From: an uncultured Collinsella sp.
GTDB taxonomy: Bacteria > Actinomycetota > Coriobacteriia > Coriobacteriales > Coriobacteriaceae
Length of the DNA stretch: 64,000 nucleotides
Direction: 5' to 3'
NCBI GenBank assembly: GCA_900543645.1
Contig: UQRZ01000002.1
Coordinates: 132,969 to 196,968 of the forward strand
The notes under the pieces were generated by a model, which saw only the letters and a program-made list of their open reading frames with translations, was not told the DNA's origin and made no database searches. Positions 1 to 10,154 of the stretch are shown piece after piece; position 1 is the first letter of the stretch; each line of letters starts with the position of its first letter. A program made the position numbers and the translations under genes.

Positions 1-75
<75 letters not shown>

Positions 76-155
76 AAGCTTTTGTTTGTTGCTCTGCTCT
101 CGCTCGCAACAGGGAGTATATTAACCCGAAACTTTGTCCTTGTGCAAGAACTTTT

Positions 156-1370
156 TTACAAATTTTGAAGCAAGTCCAAAATTGCATCTGCGAGCTGGGG
201 TTTTGTTAGTACGGGAAGTTCTTGCGTGCCCGCTGTGCTCACGATCCAAGCTTTGTTGGTATCGGTTCCAAAGCCCGAATCGGCGCGCGAAACATCGTTG
301 GCGATAATGGCATCGCAACCCTTACGCGCGAGTTTGCGCTGCGCGTACTCCACGACGTTATCGGTCTCGGCCGCAAAGCCGATCACGCACCGCTCCCCCT
401 TTTGGCGTGAGAGCTCGGCCAAGATGTCAACGGTCTCGACGAGATCGATTCGATCCAGGCGCTCGTTGGCCTTTTTGAGCTTGTGGTCCGCCGGGGCCGC
501 AGGTATGTAGTCGGCGACGGCAGCTGCGCAAATGGCCGCGTCGGCCGTCTGGAAGGCGCTCAGCGCCGCCTGGAGCATTTCTGCGGCGGTCTGTACGTGC
601 ACACACTCCACACCGCGAGGAACGTCGAGCGATGTCGGTCCCAGCACGAGCGTGACGGCGGCACCGCGGCGTGCGGCCTCCCCCGCCAGAGCGATACCCA
701 TCTTGCCTGATGAACGGTTGCCGATAAAACGCACGGGGTCGATCGGCTCGTGCGTGGGGCCGGCGGTAATCACGATGCGCTTGCCCGCCAGGTCTTGCGG
801 CACGGGATTGAGCACCCTGCAGACGGCCTCGACGATGTCCTCGGGCTCGCTCATACGGCCCGTGTCCACGTCGCCGCAGGCAAGGTAGCCGCTTCCCGGA
901 CCCACCACATGTACGCCGCGGTCACGCAGCATGGCCATGTTGGCCTGCGTCGCCGGCGCCTTCCACATGCCGTTGTTCATAGCAGGTGCGATCACGATCG
1001 GTCGCGGCGTGGCAAGCAGTGTGGTAGAAATAAGGTCATCGGCGATGCCATTGGCCATCTTGGCGATGATATTGGCCGTCGCGGGCGCCACGACCACCAG
1101 ATCGGGCTCCTGCGCCAGCGAAATGTGGTGGATGGGGTCGGAGGGATCGTCGAATAGGCCCACGGCAACTGGCTCGTTGGTGAGCGCACGGAAGGTGAGC
1201 GGGCCCACAAACTCGGTGGCATGCTCGCTCATAACGGCCTTGACGCGCGCGCCGCGCTTTTGCAGCAGGCGCACGATATTGCACGACTTATAGGCGGCGA
1301 TCCCGCCGGTAATGCCCAGCAGGATCGTTTTTCCCTCAAGTTGCATTGAATTGTTGGATGTCGCCGTCAT
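156..1370 (-). CDS. coaBC: Bifunctional phosphopantothenoylcysteine decarboxylase / phosphopantothenate-cysteine ligase
   Basis: 404 aa. N-terminal flavoprotein motif (LLGITGGIAAYKS) and C-terminal DFP ligase domain. Length matches CoaBC. Confidence 0.9.
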   Translation of the reverse strand: MTATSNNSMQLEGKTILLGITGGIAAYKSCNIVRLLQKRGARVKAVMSEHATEFVGPLTFRALTNEPVAVGLFDDPSDPIHHISLAQEPDLVVVAPATANIIAKMANGIADDLISTTLLATPRPIVIAPAMNNGMWKAPATQANMAMLRDRGVHVVGPGSGYLACGDVDTGRMSEPEDIVEAVCRVLNPVPQDLAGKRIVITAGPTHEPIDPVRFIGNRSSGKMGIALAGEAARRGAAVTLVLGPTSLDVPRGVECVHVQTAAEMLQAALSAFQTADAAICAAAVADYIPAAPADHKLKKANERLDRIDLVETVDILAELSRQKGERCVIGFAAETDNVVEYAQRKLARKGCDAIIANDVSRADSGFGTDTNKAWIVSTAGTQELPVLTKPQLADAILDLLQNL

Positions 1371-1372
1371 CG

Positions 1373-2092
1373 CTAGGCTTCCTTGCTAGGGAGCACGAGC
1401 AGGCGGTGGCAGTACGGGCAGTGCGTAATCTCACTGCCGTCGTGGTTGAGGTCGCTCATGGACGATGCCTGCAGCGCGGTGTGGCAGACCGTGGGGATGT
1501 TGCCCTTGATGGTCTCGACGGCCAGGCCGCGGAACTGCTTGAGCAGGCGCTCGTAGTCGCTGAGCACGTCGGTGGGCAGCGTAGCGGCCAGCGCGGTGCG
1601 CTCCTTGGTGGCGGCTTCGATCTGAGCCTGCAGGTCGGCAGCCTTGGCGCGGGCGGCCTTGGTATCGGCCTTCACGCCCTCTTCGAACTTGGCGATGATT
1701 GCCTGCGCGCGGGTCTCGCGGTCGAGCGCCTCTTTGTGGGCGACAACGACGTCCTTGCGGGTGTGCTCAATCTTGTCCAGACGCTTGGCCAGGGTGGCGA
1801 GCTCGTTCTCCAGGTCCTGAACCTCGCGATAGTCAGAGCCGTCGACGTGGCGCTTCTTGGCGGCCTCGATGGCGTTGTTGGTCTGAATCTCGGTGGTGTT
1901 GAGATCGTCGAGCTCAATGTCCAGGTCCTTGCGTTGGGCGTAGAGCTTGGTCATCTCGGACTTGAGCTTTACATAGGTCTTGCGCTTGGAAGCGAGCTCC
2001 TTGAGCTCCGGCATATTGGCAAGTTCGCTCTTGTTGCGGGCGAGCTCCAAATCGATCTGTTGCAGCTTGAGTAGCGTAGCGCCGGCGCTCAT
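1373..2092 (-). CDS. C4-type zinc-ribbon / coiled-coil protein (COG1579-like)
   Basis: Long coiled-coil region with C-terminal CPYCHRLL zinc ribbon. Start reset to ATG (MSAGAT) preceded by AAGGAGAG and abutting the nif3 stop. A nif3 plus zinc-ribbon pairing is conserved. Confidence 0.7.
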   Translation of the reverse strand: MSAGATLLKLQQIDLELARNKSELANMPELKELASKRKTYVKLKSEMTKLYAQRKDLDIELDDLNTTEIQTNNAIEAAKKRHVDGSDYREVQDLENELATLAKRLDKIEHTRKDVVVAHKEALDRETRAQAIIAKFEEGVKADTKAARAKAADLQAQIEAATKERTALAATLPTDVLSDYERLLKQFRGLAVETIKGNIPTVCHTALQASSMSDLNHDGSEITHCPYCHRLLVLPSKEA

Positions 2093-2898
2093 AAGTTCTC
2101 TCCTTTTGTCACAGTCCACCATTGGCAAGGGTTCAGTATTTTAATCGCATGACGGGGGTCGGCCCCGGCGTCAACTGCAGAGTTCATCAATATATCAACG
2201 AACGGCTCCTCGGAGCGGTCGTGGCCGAGCAAGATCACCGGCAGCCCGCGCAAGGCAAGGTCTTGCGCCACGTGGTAGCCCGCCTCGCCCGTCACGATGA
2301 CATCCGCACCGGCGGCGATGGCAAGCTCGCCAAAGTCACCCAGCGAACCGCCCAAAATTGCGATGGTGCGGCACGGGTGATCGGCCTCGCCCCACACGCG
2401 CGGGTCGCTGCCAAACGCCGCTGCGGCGCGTGCGGCAAGGTTGCGCAGGCTGCAGGGGTCGTGGAGGGTCGCGAGTGCGCCCAGTCCGCAGGCCTCGGGG
2501 TCGTCCACGTGCTCCAACGAGCTTGCGGGCGCGGCGTCCAAAAGCCTACTTAGGCAGATACGTGCCTCGTGCGAGCGGTCCAGGTTGGTGTGGAGCGAGA
2601 TAATGCTCACGCCGCAACGGGCTGCCTCGTAGAGCGCCGCGCTGCATTGGGGGCGCGTCGCGCCGGGCGGGCAAAACGCCTCGGGCGCCTTGATATAGAT
2701 GGGATGATGCGTCAGCAGCACGTTGGCTCCGGCCTCCTGGGCGCGGTGCACATTGGCTTCGGTCGCATCGAGTGCGCAGGCAACACCGGTAATCTCCGCG
2801 GCAGGGTCGCCGACGGAGAGTCCTACATGGTCCCAACTCTCGGCATTGGTCTTGGGATAGCGTGCCAGCAGCGCGCGCTCAAGCTCGGCGACGATCAT
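2089..2898 (-). CDS. Nif3-family dinuclear metal center protein (GTP cyclohydrolase 1 type 2 homolog)
   Basis: 269 aa. Nif3-like motifs (LLTHHP, HDRSEEP). ATGA overlap with the upstream cysteine desulfurase. Confidence 0.85.
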   Translation of the reverse strand: MIVAELERALLARYPKTNAESWDHVGLSVGDPAAEITGVACALDATEANVHRAQEAGANVLLTHHPIYIKAPEAFCPPGATRPQCSAALYEAARCGVSIISLHTNLDRSHEARICLSRLLDAAPASSLEHVDDPEACGLGALATLHDPCSLRNLAARAAAAFGSDPRVWGEADHPCRTIAILGGSLGDFGELAIAAGADVIVTGEAGYHVAQDLALRGLPVILLGHDRSEEPFVDILMNSAVDAGADPRHAIKILNPCQWWTVTKGENL

Positions 2899-4073
2899 AC
2901 GGCACCCACGATCGAGAGCAGCGTTTGGGCGAACTCGTCCAGATCGCTCGGATTTACGCGGTCATCAAAGGAAATGCGCAGTGCTCCCAATGCCTGCTCG
3001 CGACCGATGCCCATCGCGCTCAAAACGTGGCTGGGGTCCATACTACCGCTCGAGCATGCCGAGCCTGCCGATACCTCAAAGCCGGCGGCGTCGAGCTTGA
3101 TGATGAGCTCCTCGGAGTCCATGCCGTCAATGTAGATCGAAACCATACCCGGCAGACGATCGGCCTGCGCGTAGTCGCCCATCGTGGCGTGAATGCGAGG
3201 ATGGGTCGTAAGCGTGGCATAGAGCTTGTCGGAAAGGGTTTGCAGCGTCGCACGCTCCTGGGCCACATGGGGCGCCAGCGTGCGGGCGGCAGCGGCAAAA
3301 GCCAGCTGTGTACGCAGGTCCTGCGTGCCCGCGCGACGTCCGGCTTCCTGTCCACCGCCAAAAATGCGGGGGCGCAGTGGCGTGCGGGTCTTAAGGTAGA
3401 GAGCGCCGGAAGCCACGGGGCCGCCGATCTTGTGCGCGGCAACGGTCATAGCGTCGACGCCCAGCTCGGTGACATCGAGCGGAATATGCAAGTAGCCCTG
3501 GATGGCATCGGTGTGGAACAGGGCGCCTGCGGTATGCGCGGCCGAGGCAAGCTCGCGGATAGGTTGTACCACGCCGGTCTCGTTGTTGGCGGCCATGATG
3601 CTTACGAGCGCCACGTCGTCGCCGAGCAGCTCGATGAGCGCGGCAGGTTCAATGTAGCCCGCACGGCAGGGTTGCACCAGATCGACGGTAAAGCCGGCGG
3701 CGCGCAGCAGCGGCAGGTTGTCCAGAATCGAATCGTGCTCGATGGCAGATACGATCACACGGTTACGCTTGCGATCGCGCTGACGAGCGCCCTCGGCAAG
3801 ACCGAGCAGCGCCAGCTGGTTGGCCTCGGTGCCGCCGTTGGTAAGGATGATCTCGGACGGGCGAACGCATGCGCCAAAGCTGCGGGCGATCTCGCGACGG
3901 GCGACTTCCAGGCGTGCGGCGGCCTTGCGGCCAAGTGAGTGCAGCGAGTTGGGGTTGACGCCGGCGAGCTCGCTATCATCGTACTCACGCTGCGCAAGGA
4001 GCGCCTCGGCGCGCATGGGCGTCGAGGCGGCATAGTCAAGATTCACGGGTATGCGGTTTTGACCTGCGGTCAT
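2895..4073 (-). CDS. Cysteine desulfurase (class V aminotransferase, NifS/IscS-like)
   Basis: 392 aa. PLP-lysine motif SAHKIGGP and a C-terminal SAGSACSSG active-site cysteine loop. Confidence 0.85.
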   Translation of the reverse strand: MTAGQNRIPVNLDYAASTPMRAEALLAQREYDDSELAGVNPNSLHSLGRKAAARLEVARREIARSFGACVRPSEIILTNGGTEANQLALLGLAEGARQRDRKRNRVIVSAIEHDSILDNLPLLRAAGFTVDLVQPCRAGYIEPAALIELLGDDVALVSIMAANNETGVVQPIRELASAAHTAGALFHTDAIQGYLHIPLDVTELGVDAMTVAAHKIGGPVASGALYLKTRTPLRPRIFGGGQEAGRRAGTQDLRTQLAFAAAARTLAPHVAQERATLQTLSDKLYATLTTHPRIHATMGDYAQADRLPGMVSIYIDGMDSEELIIKLDAAGFEVSAGSACSSGSMDPSHVLSAMGIGREQALGALRISFDDRVNPSDLDEFAQTLLSIVGAV

Positions 4074-4079
4074 AAGGGT

Positions 4080-4751
4080 TTATGCCTCCTGTGCGGCCTC
4101 ATTGCCCAGCTTCTGCAGCAGCGCAACCTCGGCGGCGGGATCTTCGGACTTAAAAACGGCGGAGCCGGCTACGAGCACGTTGGCGCCGGCCTTGACGACC
4201 TCGGCGATGTTCTTGGAAGAAATACCGCCATCGACCTCGATCAGGGGCGACACGCTGTGACGCTCACACATGGCCGTAAGCTCGTGCAGCTTAGGCAGCG
4301 TGCCCGGGATAAAGCTCTGGCCGCCAAAGCCCGGGTTCACACTCATGAGCAGCACCATATCGACGACGTCGATGATGCTCTCGAGCACGCACACGGGGGT
4401 GGCGGGGTTGAGCACCACGCCGGCCTTGACGCCGCGCTGCTGCAGATGCGTGAGCGTGCGGTGCAGGTGCGTGGAAGCCTCGTAGTGCACGGTGATCATG
4501 TCGGCACCGGCGTCGGCGTACCAATCGACCGTCTCGTCGGGGTTCGACACCATCAGGTGCGCGTCGACCGGCACGTCGGTGGAGCGCTTGACGGCCTTGA
4601 GGATGTCAACGCCAAAGGTGAGGTTGCCGGTAAAGTGGCCGTCCATGACGTCGAAGTGCACGTAGTCGGCACCGGCGATCTTGTCGAGTTCGCCCTTGAG
4701 GTTGGCCATGTCGGCCGAGAGGACGGACGGAGCGATTTTAATGGAACCCAT
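4080..4751 (-). CDS. rpe: Ribulose-phosphate 3-epimerase
   Basis: 223 aa. HFDVMDGHF and VNPGFGGQ motifs. Confidence 0.9.
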   Translation of the reverse strand: MGSIKIAPSVLSADMANLKGELDKIAGADYVHFDVMDGHFTGNLTFGVDILKAVKRSTDVPVDAHLMVSNPDETVDWYADAGADMITVHYEASTHLHRTLTHLQQRGVKAGVVLNPATPVCVLESIIDVVDMVLLMSVNPGFGGQSFIPGTLPKLHELTAMCERHSVSPLIEVDGGISSKNIAEVVKAGANVLVAGSAVFKSEDPAAEVALLQKLGNEAAQEA

Positions 4752-4769
4752 GGTAGTAGCCTTTCTGCA

Positions 4770-5777
4770 CTAGTCGGTGAGTCCGTAGAACTCTTGGGAG
4801 GGTACGCGGTCGGTAAGAATCTCGAGCGCCCTATCCAACGTAACACCGTTGTAGAGCGTTTGCTCCACGGCAAAGGTGAGCGGAATGTCTACGCCCAGTG
4901 AACGGGCAAGCTCACTGACGCTGCGGGCCGCGACGGCGCCCTCGACCACCATATGCGTACGTGCCTGGTACTCGTCGAGCGAGACGCCGTGGGCAAACTC
5001 GTAGCCAAAGGTGCGGTTGCGCGAATGCTCGGAGGTGCAGGTGGCAATGAGGTCACCCATGCCGGCAAGACCCATGCAGGTCATGGCTTGACCGCCGCGG
5101 GCGTGCACCAGACGGCTGATCTCGGCCAGGCCGCGCGTCATGATAAGGGCAAGCGTGTTGTCGCCCGCACCAGAACCGGCGGAAATGCCGCACACGATGG
5201 CGATGACGTTTTTCATGGCGCCGCAAACCTCGACGCCGATCATGTCCTGCGACAGGTAGATGCGGAAGGCCGTGGATAGGAGCAGGTCCTTAAAGGTCTC
5301 CCCTACCTGCGGATCTTTGCTGGCGATGACGGCGGCAGAAAGCCCGCCGCGGCAGATCTCCTCGGCATGGTTGGGGCCCGAGAGCGCCGCGACACGCGAC
5401 TCGTTGCCGATCTCACTGGCGATGACCTCGCTCATAAGCAGGCCGGATTCGGGCTCAATACCCTTGGTGAGGCAGAGTGTCGGGGTGTCGGCGGCGATGA
5501 AGGGTGCTGCCTGATGGCATACGCTGCGCAGGTGTGTGGAGGGCACGGCAAAGATGATCGCGTCGGCACCGTTGAGCGCCTGGGCGAGCTCAGTCGTTGC
5601 TACCACATTGTCCGGTAGCTCGTATCCCACCAGATAGCGCGGGTTGCGGTGCTCGCCGTTGATGCCGGCGGCCGTCTGCTCGCTATGGGCCCACATGGTC
5701 ACGCGCTCGGCTCGCGCGGCGGCAAGGCCGGCGACGGCGGTTCCCCAGGAGCCAGAGCCAATCAGCGCAACATTCAT
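4770..5777 (-). CDS. gpsA: NAD(P)H-dependent glycerol-3-phosphate dehydrogenase
   Basis: 335 aa. N-terminal GSGSWGTA Rossmann motif and GpsA-like core. Confidence 0.9.
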   Translation of the reverse strand: MNVALIGSGSWGTAVAGLAAARAERVTMWAHSEQTAAGINGEHRNPRYLVGYELPDNVVATTELAQALNGADAIIFAVPSTHLRSVCHQAAPFIAADTPTLCLTKGIEPESGLLMSEVIASEIGNESRVAALSGPNHAEEICRGGLSAAVIASKDPQVGETFKDLLLSTAFRIYLSQDMIGVEVCGAMKNVIAIVCGISAGSGAGDNTLALIMTRGLAEISRLVHARGGQAMTCMGLAGMGDLIATCTSEHSRNRTFGYEFAHGVSLDEYQARTHMVVEGAVAARSVSELARSLGVDIPLTFAVEQTLYNGVTLDRALEILTDRVPSQEFYGLTD

Positions 5778-5786
5778 GACTCTCTC

Positions 5787-6470
5787 CTACTTATCGTCGG
5801 GCTCGGTGACGCGCTTGGTAAACGAGAGCTTGGACTCCTTACCGCACGTGAGCTTTTTGATGTTCGCGCGATGGGCCCACACCACGGTGATGCCGATCAT
5901 CGCCATGCAAAACTTGAGACCTAGGCTGCTGTACGGAAAGACCGCACAAGCGGCGATGGGAAGGCCGATGGCGGCGGCAAGCGAGCCCACCGACACGTAC
6001 TTGGTAATGGCGACGGCTACGATAAACATGCCCAGCAGCGACAGGCCAATGGGCCAGTACCAGGCAAGGATAACGCCCAGACCGACCGCGATGCCCTTGC
6101 CGCCGTGGAAGTTGAGGTAGGGCGAGAAGATGTGGCCCCATACCGCTGCCAGGCAGATGACACCGAGCATCCAGTCACCGGGGGCTCCAGGCGCCATGAT
6201 GTTCGGCGGAAAACCATAGCCTAGATCGGCGATGAGCGGGCGGGCGATAAGGACGCAGATGGCGCCCTTAAGGCAGTCAAGCAGCAGCGTGAGTGCAGCG
6301 ACCTTGGGGCCGGCCACGCGCAGCGCATTGGTGGTGCCGATGTTGCCGGAGCCCGCCTTGCGAATGTCCGTGTGGTTGAACACGCGGCCCAGGATCAGGC
6401 CAAACGGAATCGCTCCGATAAAGAACGAGACCACGGCGCAGATGGCGGTCAGCAGAATCGGATTATGCAT
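5787..6470 (-). CDS. plsY: Glycerol-3-phosphate acyltransferase PlsY
   Basis: Multi-TM protein with a GSGNIGTTN motif. Start reset to ATG (MHNPILL) preceded by GAAGGAG. The longer ORF-track start lacks SD support. Confidence 0.85.
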   Translation of the reverse strand: MHNPILLTAICAVVSFFIGAIPFGLILGRVFNHTDIRKAGSGNIGTTNALRVAGPKVAALTLLLDCLKGAICVLIARPLIADLGYGFPPNIMAPGAPGDWMLGVICLAAVWGHIFSPYLNFHGGKGIAVGLGVILAWYWPIGLSLLGMFIVAVAITKYVSVGSLAAAIGLPIAACAVFPYSSLGLKFCMAMIGITVVWAHRANIKKLTCGKESKLSFTKRVTEPDDK

Positions 6471-7797
6471 CCTTTTGCTCCTTCTTCCTAAAGAAGAGTC
6501 GAATGGGCGTGCCGGCAAAATCGAAGGTCGAGCGCATGCGGTTCTCCACGTAGCGCTGGTAGGTGTCGTTGACCAGGTCGCTGTGGTTGACGAAGAACGT
6601 AAACGTCGGCGGGTTGATGCCCGTCTGAGTCACGTAGTGCATGCGCAGGCGGCGCTTGCCGTCCACCACGGTGTGGCCGAACTCGCGCAGGTCGGTGAGG
6701 AAGGTGTTGAGGCGCGAGGTAGTGATCTTTTGCGAGCGCGTCTTCTCAGCGGCGTCGACCATCGCCCAGATCTTCTCGACGCTGCGGCCAGTGAGGGCAG
6801 AGATGCGCAGGTACTGGGCCCAGGGAGCCATGACGCCCAGACGGCGGTCGACGGTCTCCATGCAGGCCTCGCGCTTGCGGTCGTCATCGAGCAGGTCCCA
6901 CTTGTTGAGCAGCACCACGATGGCGCAGCCACGCTCGATGGCCAAGCCCATGACCTTCTGGTCCTGTTCGGTAACGCCCACGGAGGCGTCGACGACGAAC
7001 AGCGCCACGTCGGCGCGGTCGATGGCGCGCAGGCCGCGGACCATCGAGTAGTACTCGATGTTCTCGTACACGGTGCTCTTCTTGCGAATACCCGCGGTGT
7101 CGACCATGCGGTAGTGCTTGCCGTTGCGCTCCACGACGGTATCGATGGCGTCGCGCGTCGTGCCGGCAATGTTGGACACGATAGAACGGTCGGCGCCCAG
7201 AATGCGGTTGAACAGCGACGACTTACCGGCATTGGGGCGGCCGATGATAGCGACGTTCAGCGCATCAGGGAACTCATCGGCGACCTCGTCCTCTTCCTCC
7301 GGAAGCAGGGCCACGATGTCGTCGAGCAGGTCGCCCGTGCCGTGGCCATGCAGGGCCGAGAGGGGCGTGGGCTCACCGATGCCGAGCGAATAGAACTCCC
7401 AGATGCTGTCGTTCTCGCGTTCGGGGTTGTCGAGCTTGTTTACCAGCAGAAAGACCGGCTTGTCGCAGCGCTTGAGCATGCGAGCGACCGACTCGTCCTC
7501 CTCGGTGACGCCGGTGCGGCCGTCGACCACAAACAGGATGACGGCGGCTTCCTCGGCGGCGGCGAGTGCCTGGTCGCGGATGGACGTGGCAAAGACATCG
7601 TCGCTCTTGAGTGGCTCGATACCGCCCGTGTCGACGATGGTGAACTCACGACCGTTCCAATCGGCCGTGTGATACGAGCGGTCGCGCGTGACGCCGCGGG
7701 ACTCGTGGACGATGGCGTCCGAGGTCTGGGCCAGGCGGTTAACGAGCGTGGACTTGCCCACGTTGGGGCGTCCGACGACGGCGACGATAGGTTTCAT
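6463..7797 (-). CDS. der: Ribosome-associated GTPase Der/EngA (tandem GTPase domains plus KH-like C-terminus)
   Basis: Two G domains (GRPNVGKS twice, DTAG/DTGG). Start reset to ATG MKPIVAVVGRPNVGKS with upstream GGAGA. Confidence 0.9.
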   Translation of the reverse strand: MKPIVAVVGRPNVGKSTLVNRLAQTSDAIVHESRGVTRDRSYHTADWNGREFTIVDTGGIEPLKSDDVFATSIRDQALAAAEEAAVILFVVDGRTGVTEEDESVARMLKRCDKPVFLLVNKLDNPERENDSIWEFYSLGIGEPTPLSALHGHGTGDLLDDIVALLPEEEDEVADEFPDALNVAIIGRPNAGKSSLFNRILGADRSIVSNIAGTTRDAIDTVVERNGKHYRMVDTAGIRKKSTVYENIEYYSMVRGLRAIDRADVALFVVDASVGVTEQDQKVMGLAIERGCAIVVLLNKWDLLDDDRKREACMETVDRRLGVMAPWAQYLRISALTGRSVEKIWAMVDAAEKTRSQKITTSRLNTFLTDLREFGHTVVDGKRRLRMHYVTQTGINPPTFTFFVNHSDLVNDTYQRYVENRMRSTFDFAGTPIRLFFRKKEQKDA

Positions 7798-7807
7798 CTG
7801 CTCTCCT

Positions 7808-9250
7808 TTAATGGGTAGGGTCAGTGGAATTAGTAGAGTCGGCAGGCACAATGCCAAGGATGTGCTCCAGGGTATCGAGCAGCTCATGCGGCATGGTCGA
7901 TACCACATGAACCTCGGCGCCGCGACTGGTAAGGCTTGCGAGTAAATCGTCACGATGATACTCGTCAAGCGTCATGCCGTCAGCGTTGAACATGAGCTTA
8001 GGCACAAAGAGCATAACCCCCGACAGGTCTTGGGGCAGCTGCTCCAGAATGTCGCACGCGACGATGAGGCCGGTCACGTCCACGTTGCCGCCAAAGTAGC
8101 GGTTCTTGATGGCCGTGACGGTGCCGTCGAGACCATGCGGCGACTCCACAAAGCGTGCCACGGTGTCGCGCGCGCTGGCGCCCGAAAGGCACAGCAGGTG
8201 CTGGCTGCGTGCGGCGATGGCCTCGCGGACGCGGGCCAGTCGCTCGGTATCGGCGGCAAGCACGTCGTCGGTCTCGTCTAGATACGAGCGGATCATGCCG
8301 ATGCCGTCGTAGTACTGCGGGTAACCGTCGTAAAAGTCCGCCTCGGGAGGATCGATGCCGGCGTCCAGATAGAACTCGTCGCTCATCTGGAAGGTGTGGC
8401 GGCCAAAGCGCTCGAAGGCACGGTCCTGGTAGGGACGGATCATGGCAATGGTCTCGCGCGCTAGCTCGGGCTTGTCGCTGTAGGACCAGCTAAAACGGTT
8501 CTGATGCTTGGTAAAGCCGAGCGGCACGATGCCCAGGCTTGTGATTTGCTCGTGCTCCTCGCAAAAGTGCAGGGTCTTTTCCAGCTCCTCGCCGTCGTTC
8601 ATGCCGGGGCACAACACGATCTGCGCGTGAATCTCGATGCCGGCGGCCATGATGGTCTCGAGTACGTCCATGCCTCGCTGGGCGTTACGGCCCATCATAC
8701 GACGGCGGACGTCGGGGCTCACAGCGTGGACCGACACGTTCATGGGACTCATGTTGCGCTGGATGACGTTTTGCACGTCCTCGTCGGTGAGGTTCGTAAG
8801 CGTGACAAAGTTGCCTTGCAAAAAGCTTAGGCGATAGTCGTCGTCGCGAATATAGAGCGTGGAGCGGCCGCCCTTGGGGAGCATGGTCATAAAGCAGAAC
8901 ACGCAGGCGTTGACGCAGGTACGCATGCCGTCGAAGATGGGGCCATCGAACTCCAAACCCCAATCCTCGCCGGGAAAGCGGTCGAGCTCGACGGGGGTGA
9001 CGGTGCCGTCGCGCGGATCGAAAACCTCGAGGTCGACGGTATCATCGTCGGCCTCCCAGAGCCACACGATCATATCGGTAAGCTGCTCGCCGTTGACCGT
9101 AAGTACGCGCATGCCCGGCTCGATACCCACATCCCATGCGGGCGATTCGGGACGCACGTTCTTTACGAGCGCGCCCTCACCCGGCTCGGGGTCGCGGCTG
9201 CGCCCGTAATCGGCCACCTCGGCGGCGTATGCGGGTACGGTCTGGTCCAT
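7808..9250 (-). CDS. DUF512-family protein (PDZ-like N-terminus, CxxC.FCF Fe-S-like motif)
   Basis: Conserved CVNACVFCF motif. Start reset to MDQTVPAY. The longer N-terminus in the ORF track overlaps ispH and is Arg/His-rich low-complexity. Confidence 0.65.
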   Translation of the reverse strand: MDQTVPAYAAEVADYGRSRDPEPGEGALVKNVRPESPAWDVGIEPGMRVLTVNGEQLTDMIVWLWEADDDTVDLEVFDPRDGTVTPVELDRFPGEDWGLEFDGPIFDGMRTCVNACVFCFMTMLPKGGRSTLYIRDDDYRLSFLQGNFVTLTNLTDEDVQNVIQRNMSPMNVSVHAVSPDVRRRMMGRNAQRGMDVLETIMAAGIEIHAQIVLCPGMNDGEELEKTLHFCEEHEQITSLGIVPLGFTKHQNRFSWSYSDKPELARETIAMIRPYQDRAFERFGRHTFQMSDEFYLDAGIDPPEADFYDGYPQYYDGIGMIRSYLDETDDVLAADTERLARVREAIAARSQHLLCLSGASARDTVARFVESPHGLDGTVTAIKNRYFGGNVDVTGLIVACDILEQLPQDLSGVMLFVPKLMFNADGMTLDEYHRDDLLASLTSRGAEVHVVSTMPHELLDTLEHILGIVPADSTNSTDPTH

Positions 9251-9252
9251 GA

Positions 9253-10152
9253 TTAGCGGCAAAGCTCCTTGATGCGCGTTACGGCGCGCTCGATGTGTTC
9301 TTGCGGGGTTGAGGCTCCGGCGGTGATGCCGATGTGGTGAGCGTCGGTAAACCACGCGGCCAGAAGCTCGGAAGCTTCCTCGATGTGATGCGTGTGCTCG
9401 CAGGCGTCTGCGCAAATCTGAGCCAGGCGGCGGGTGTTGCCCGAGTTCTTGCCACCCACGACGACCATGCAATCACAGCGTTTGGCAAGTGATGCGGCTG
9501 CCTGCTGGCGCTCGCTCGTGGCGGCGCAGATGGTGTTGATCACGCGCAGCTCCTGCACGCGCGGGGTGATGGCAGCCACGACCTCGGCGAGGTTCTGCGC
9601 GGTCTGGGTGGTCTGCACAACCAGGCCCACCTTGCCCTTGAGCGGCAGCGCGTCCGCATCGGCAGCGCAACTCACGACCTGCGCGTTATCACCAGCGTGG
9701 CCCAGGATGCCCTCCACCTCGGGATGGCCCGGCTCGCCCACGACGAGTACGCGGTAGCCCTCGCGCACCAGCCGCTCGGCGGCCACGTGGACCTTCTTGA
9801 CGTAAGGGCAGGTGGCGTCGACGACGTTAAGGCTACGCTTGCGGGCAGCATCGATGACCTGCGGCACCACGCCGTGGGCGCGGATGATTACGGTGCCCGA
9901 CGCTGCGTCGTCCAGGGTTTCGGCCAAGCCAACGCCTGCCTCAGCGAGCTCGCGCACCACGATGGGGTTATGGATGAGCGGACCCAAGGTATGGACCTGA
10001 GTGCACTCCCCTGCCTGCGGCGCGGCGGCCAGCGCCATATCGAGCGCACGCTGTACGCCGTAGCAAGTGCCGGCGTGGGCGGCGATCTCGATGGTAGGCG
10101 CGGTTGCCTGGTCGGACGCGGTCGCGGCAGTGTTCGTCACGTTCTCGCTCAT
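9253..10152 (-). CDS. ispH: 4-hydroxy-3-methylbut-2-enyl diphosphate reductase
   Basis: IspH/LytB fold motifs and conserved Cys residues. Start at internal ATG (MSENV). Confidence 0.88.
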   Translation of the reverse strand: MSENVTNTAATASDQATAPTIEIAAHAGTCYGVQRALDMALAAAPQAGECTQVHTLGPLIHNPIVVRELAEAGVGLAETLDDAASGTVIIRAHGVVPQVIDAARKRSLNVVDATCPYVKKVHVAAERLVREGYRVLVVGEPGHPEVEGILGHAGDNAQVVSCAADADALPLKGKVGLVVQTTQTAQNLAEVVAAITPRVQELRVINTICAATSERQQAAASLAKRCDCMVVVGGKNSGNTRRLAQICADACEHTHHIEEASELLAAWFTDAHHIGITAGASTPQEHIERAVTRIKELCR

Positions 10153-10154
10153 GG

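Noticed and set aside
5787-9472. Longer N-termini in the ORF track for plsY (to 6518), der (to 7968), the DUF512 gene (to 9472), ispH (to 10182), the KAP gene (to 26803) and clpP (to 57361)
   Set aside because: The ORF track counts TTG/GTG as M. The extensions are low-complexity, overlap upstream genes, and lack Shine-Dalgarno sequences, whereas internal ATGs have good SDs and restore canonical N-termini.
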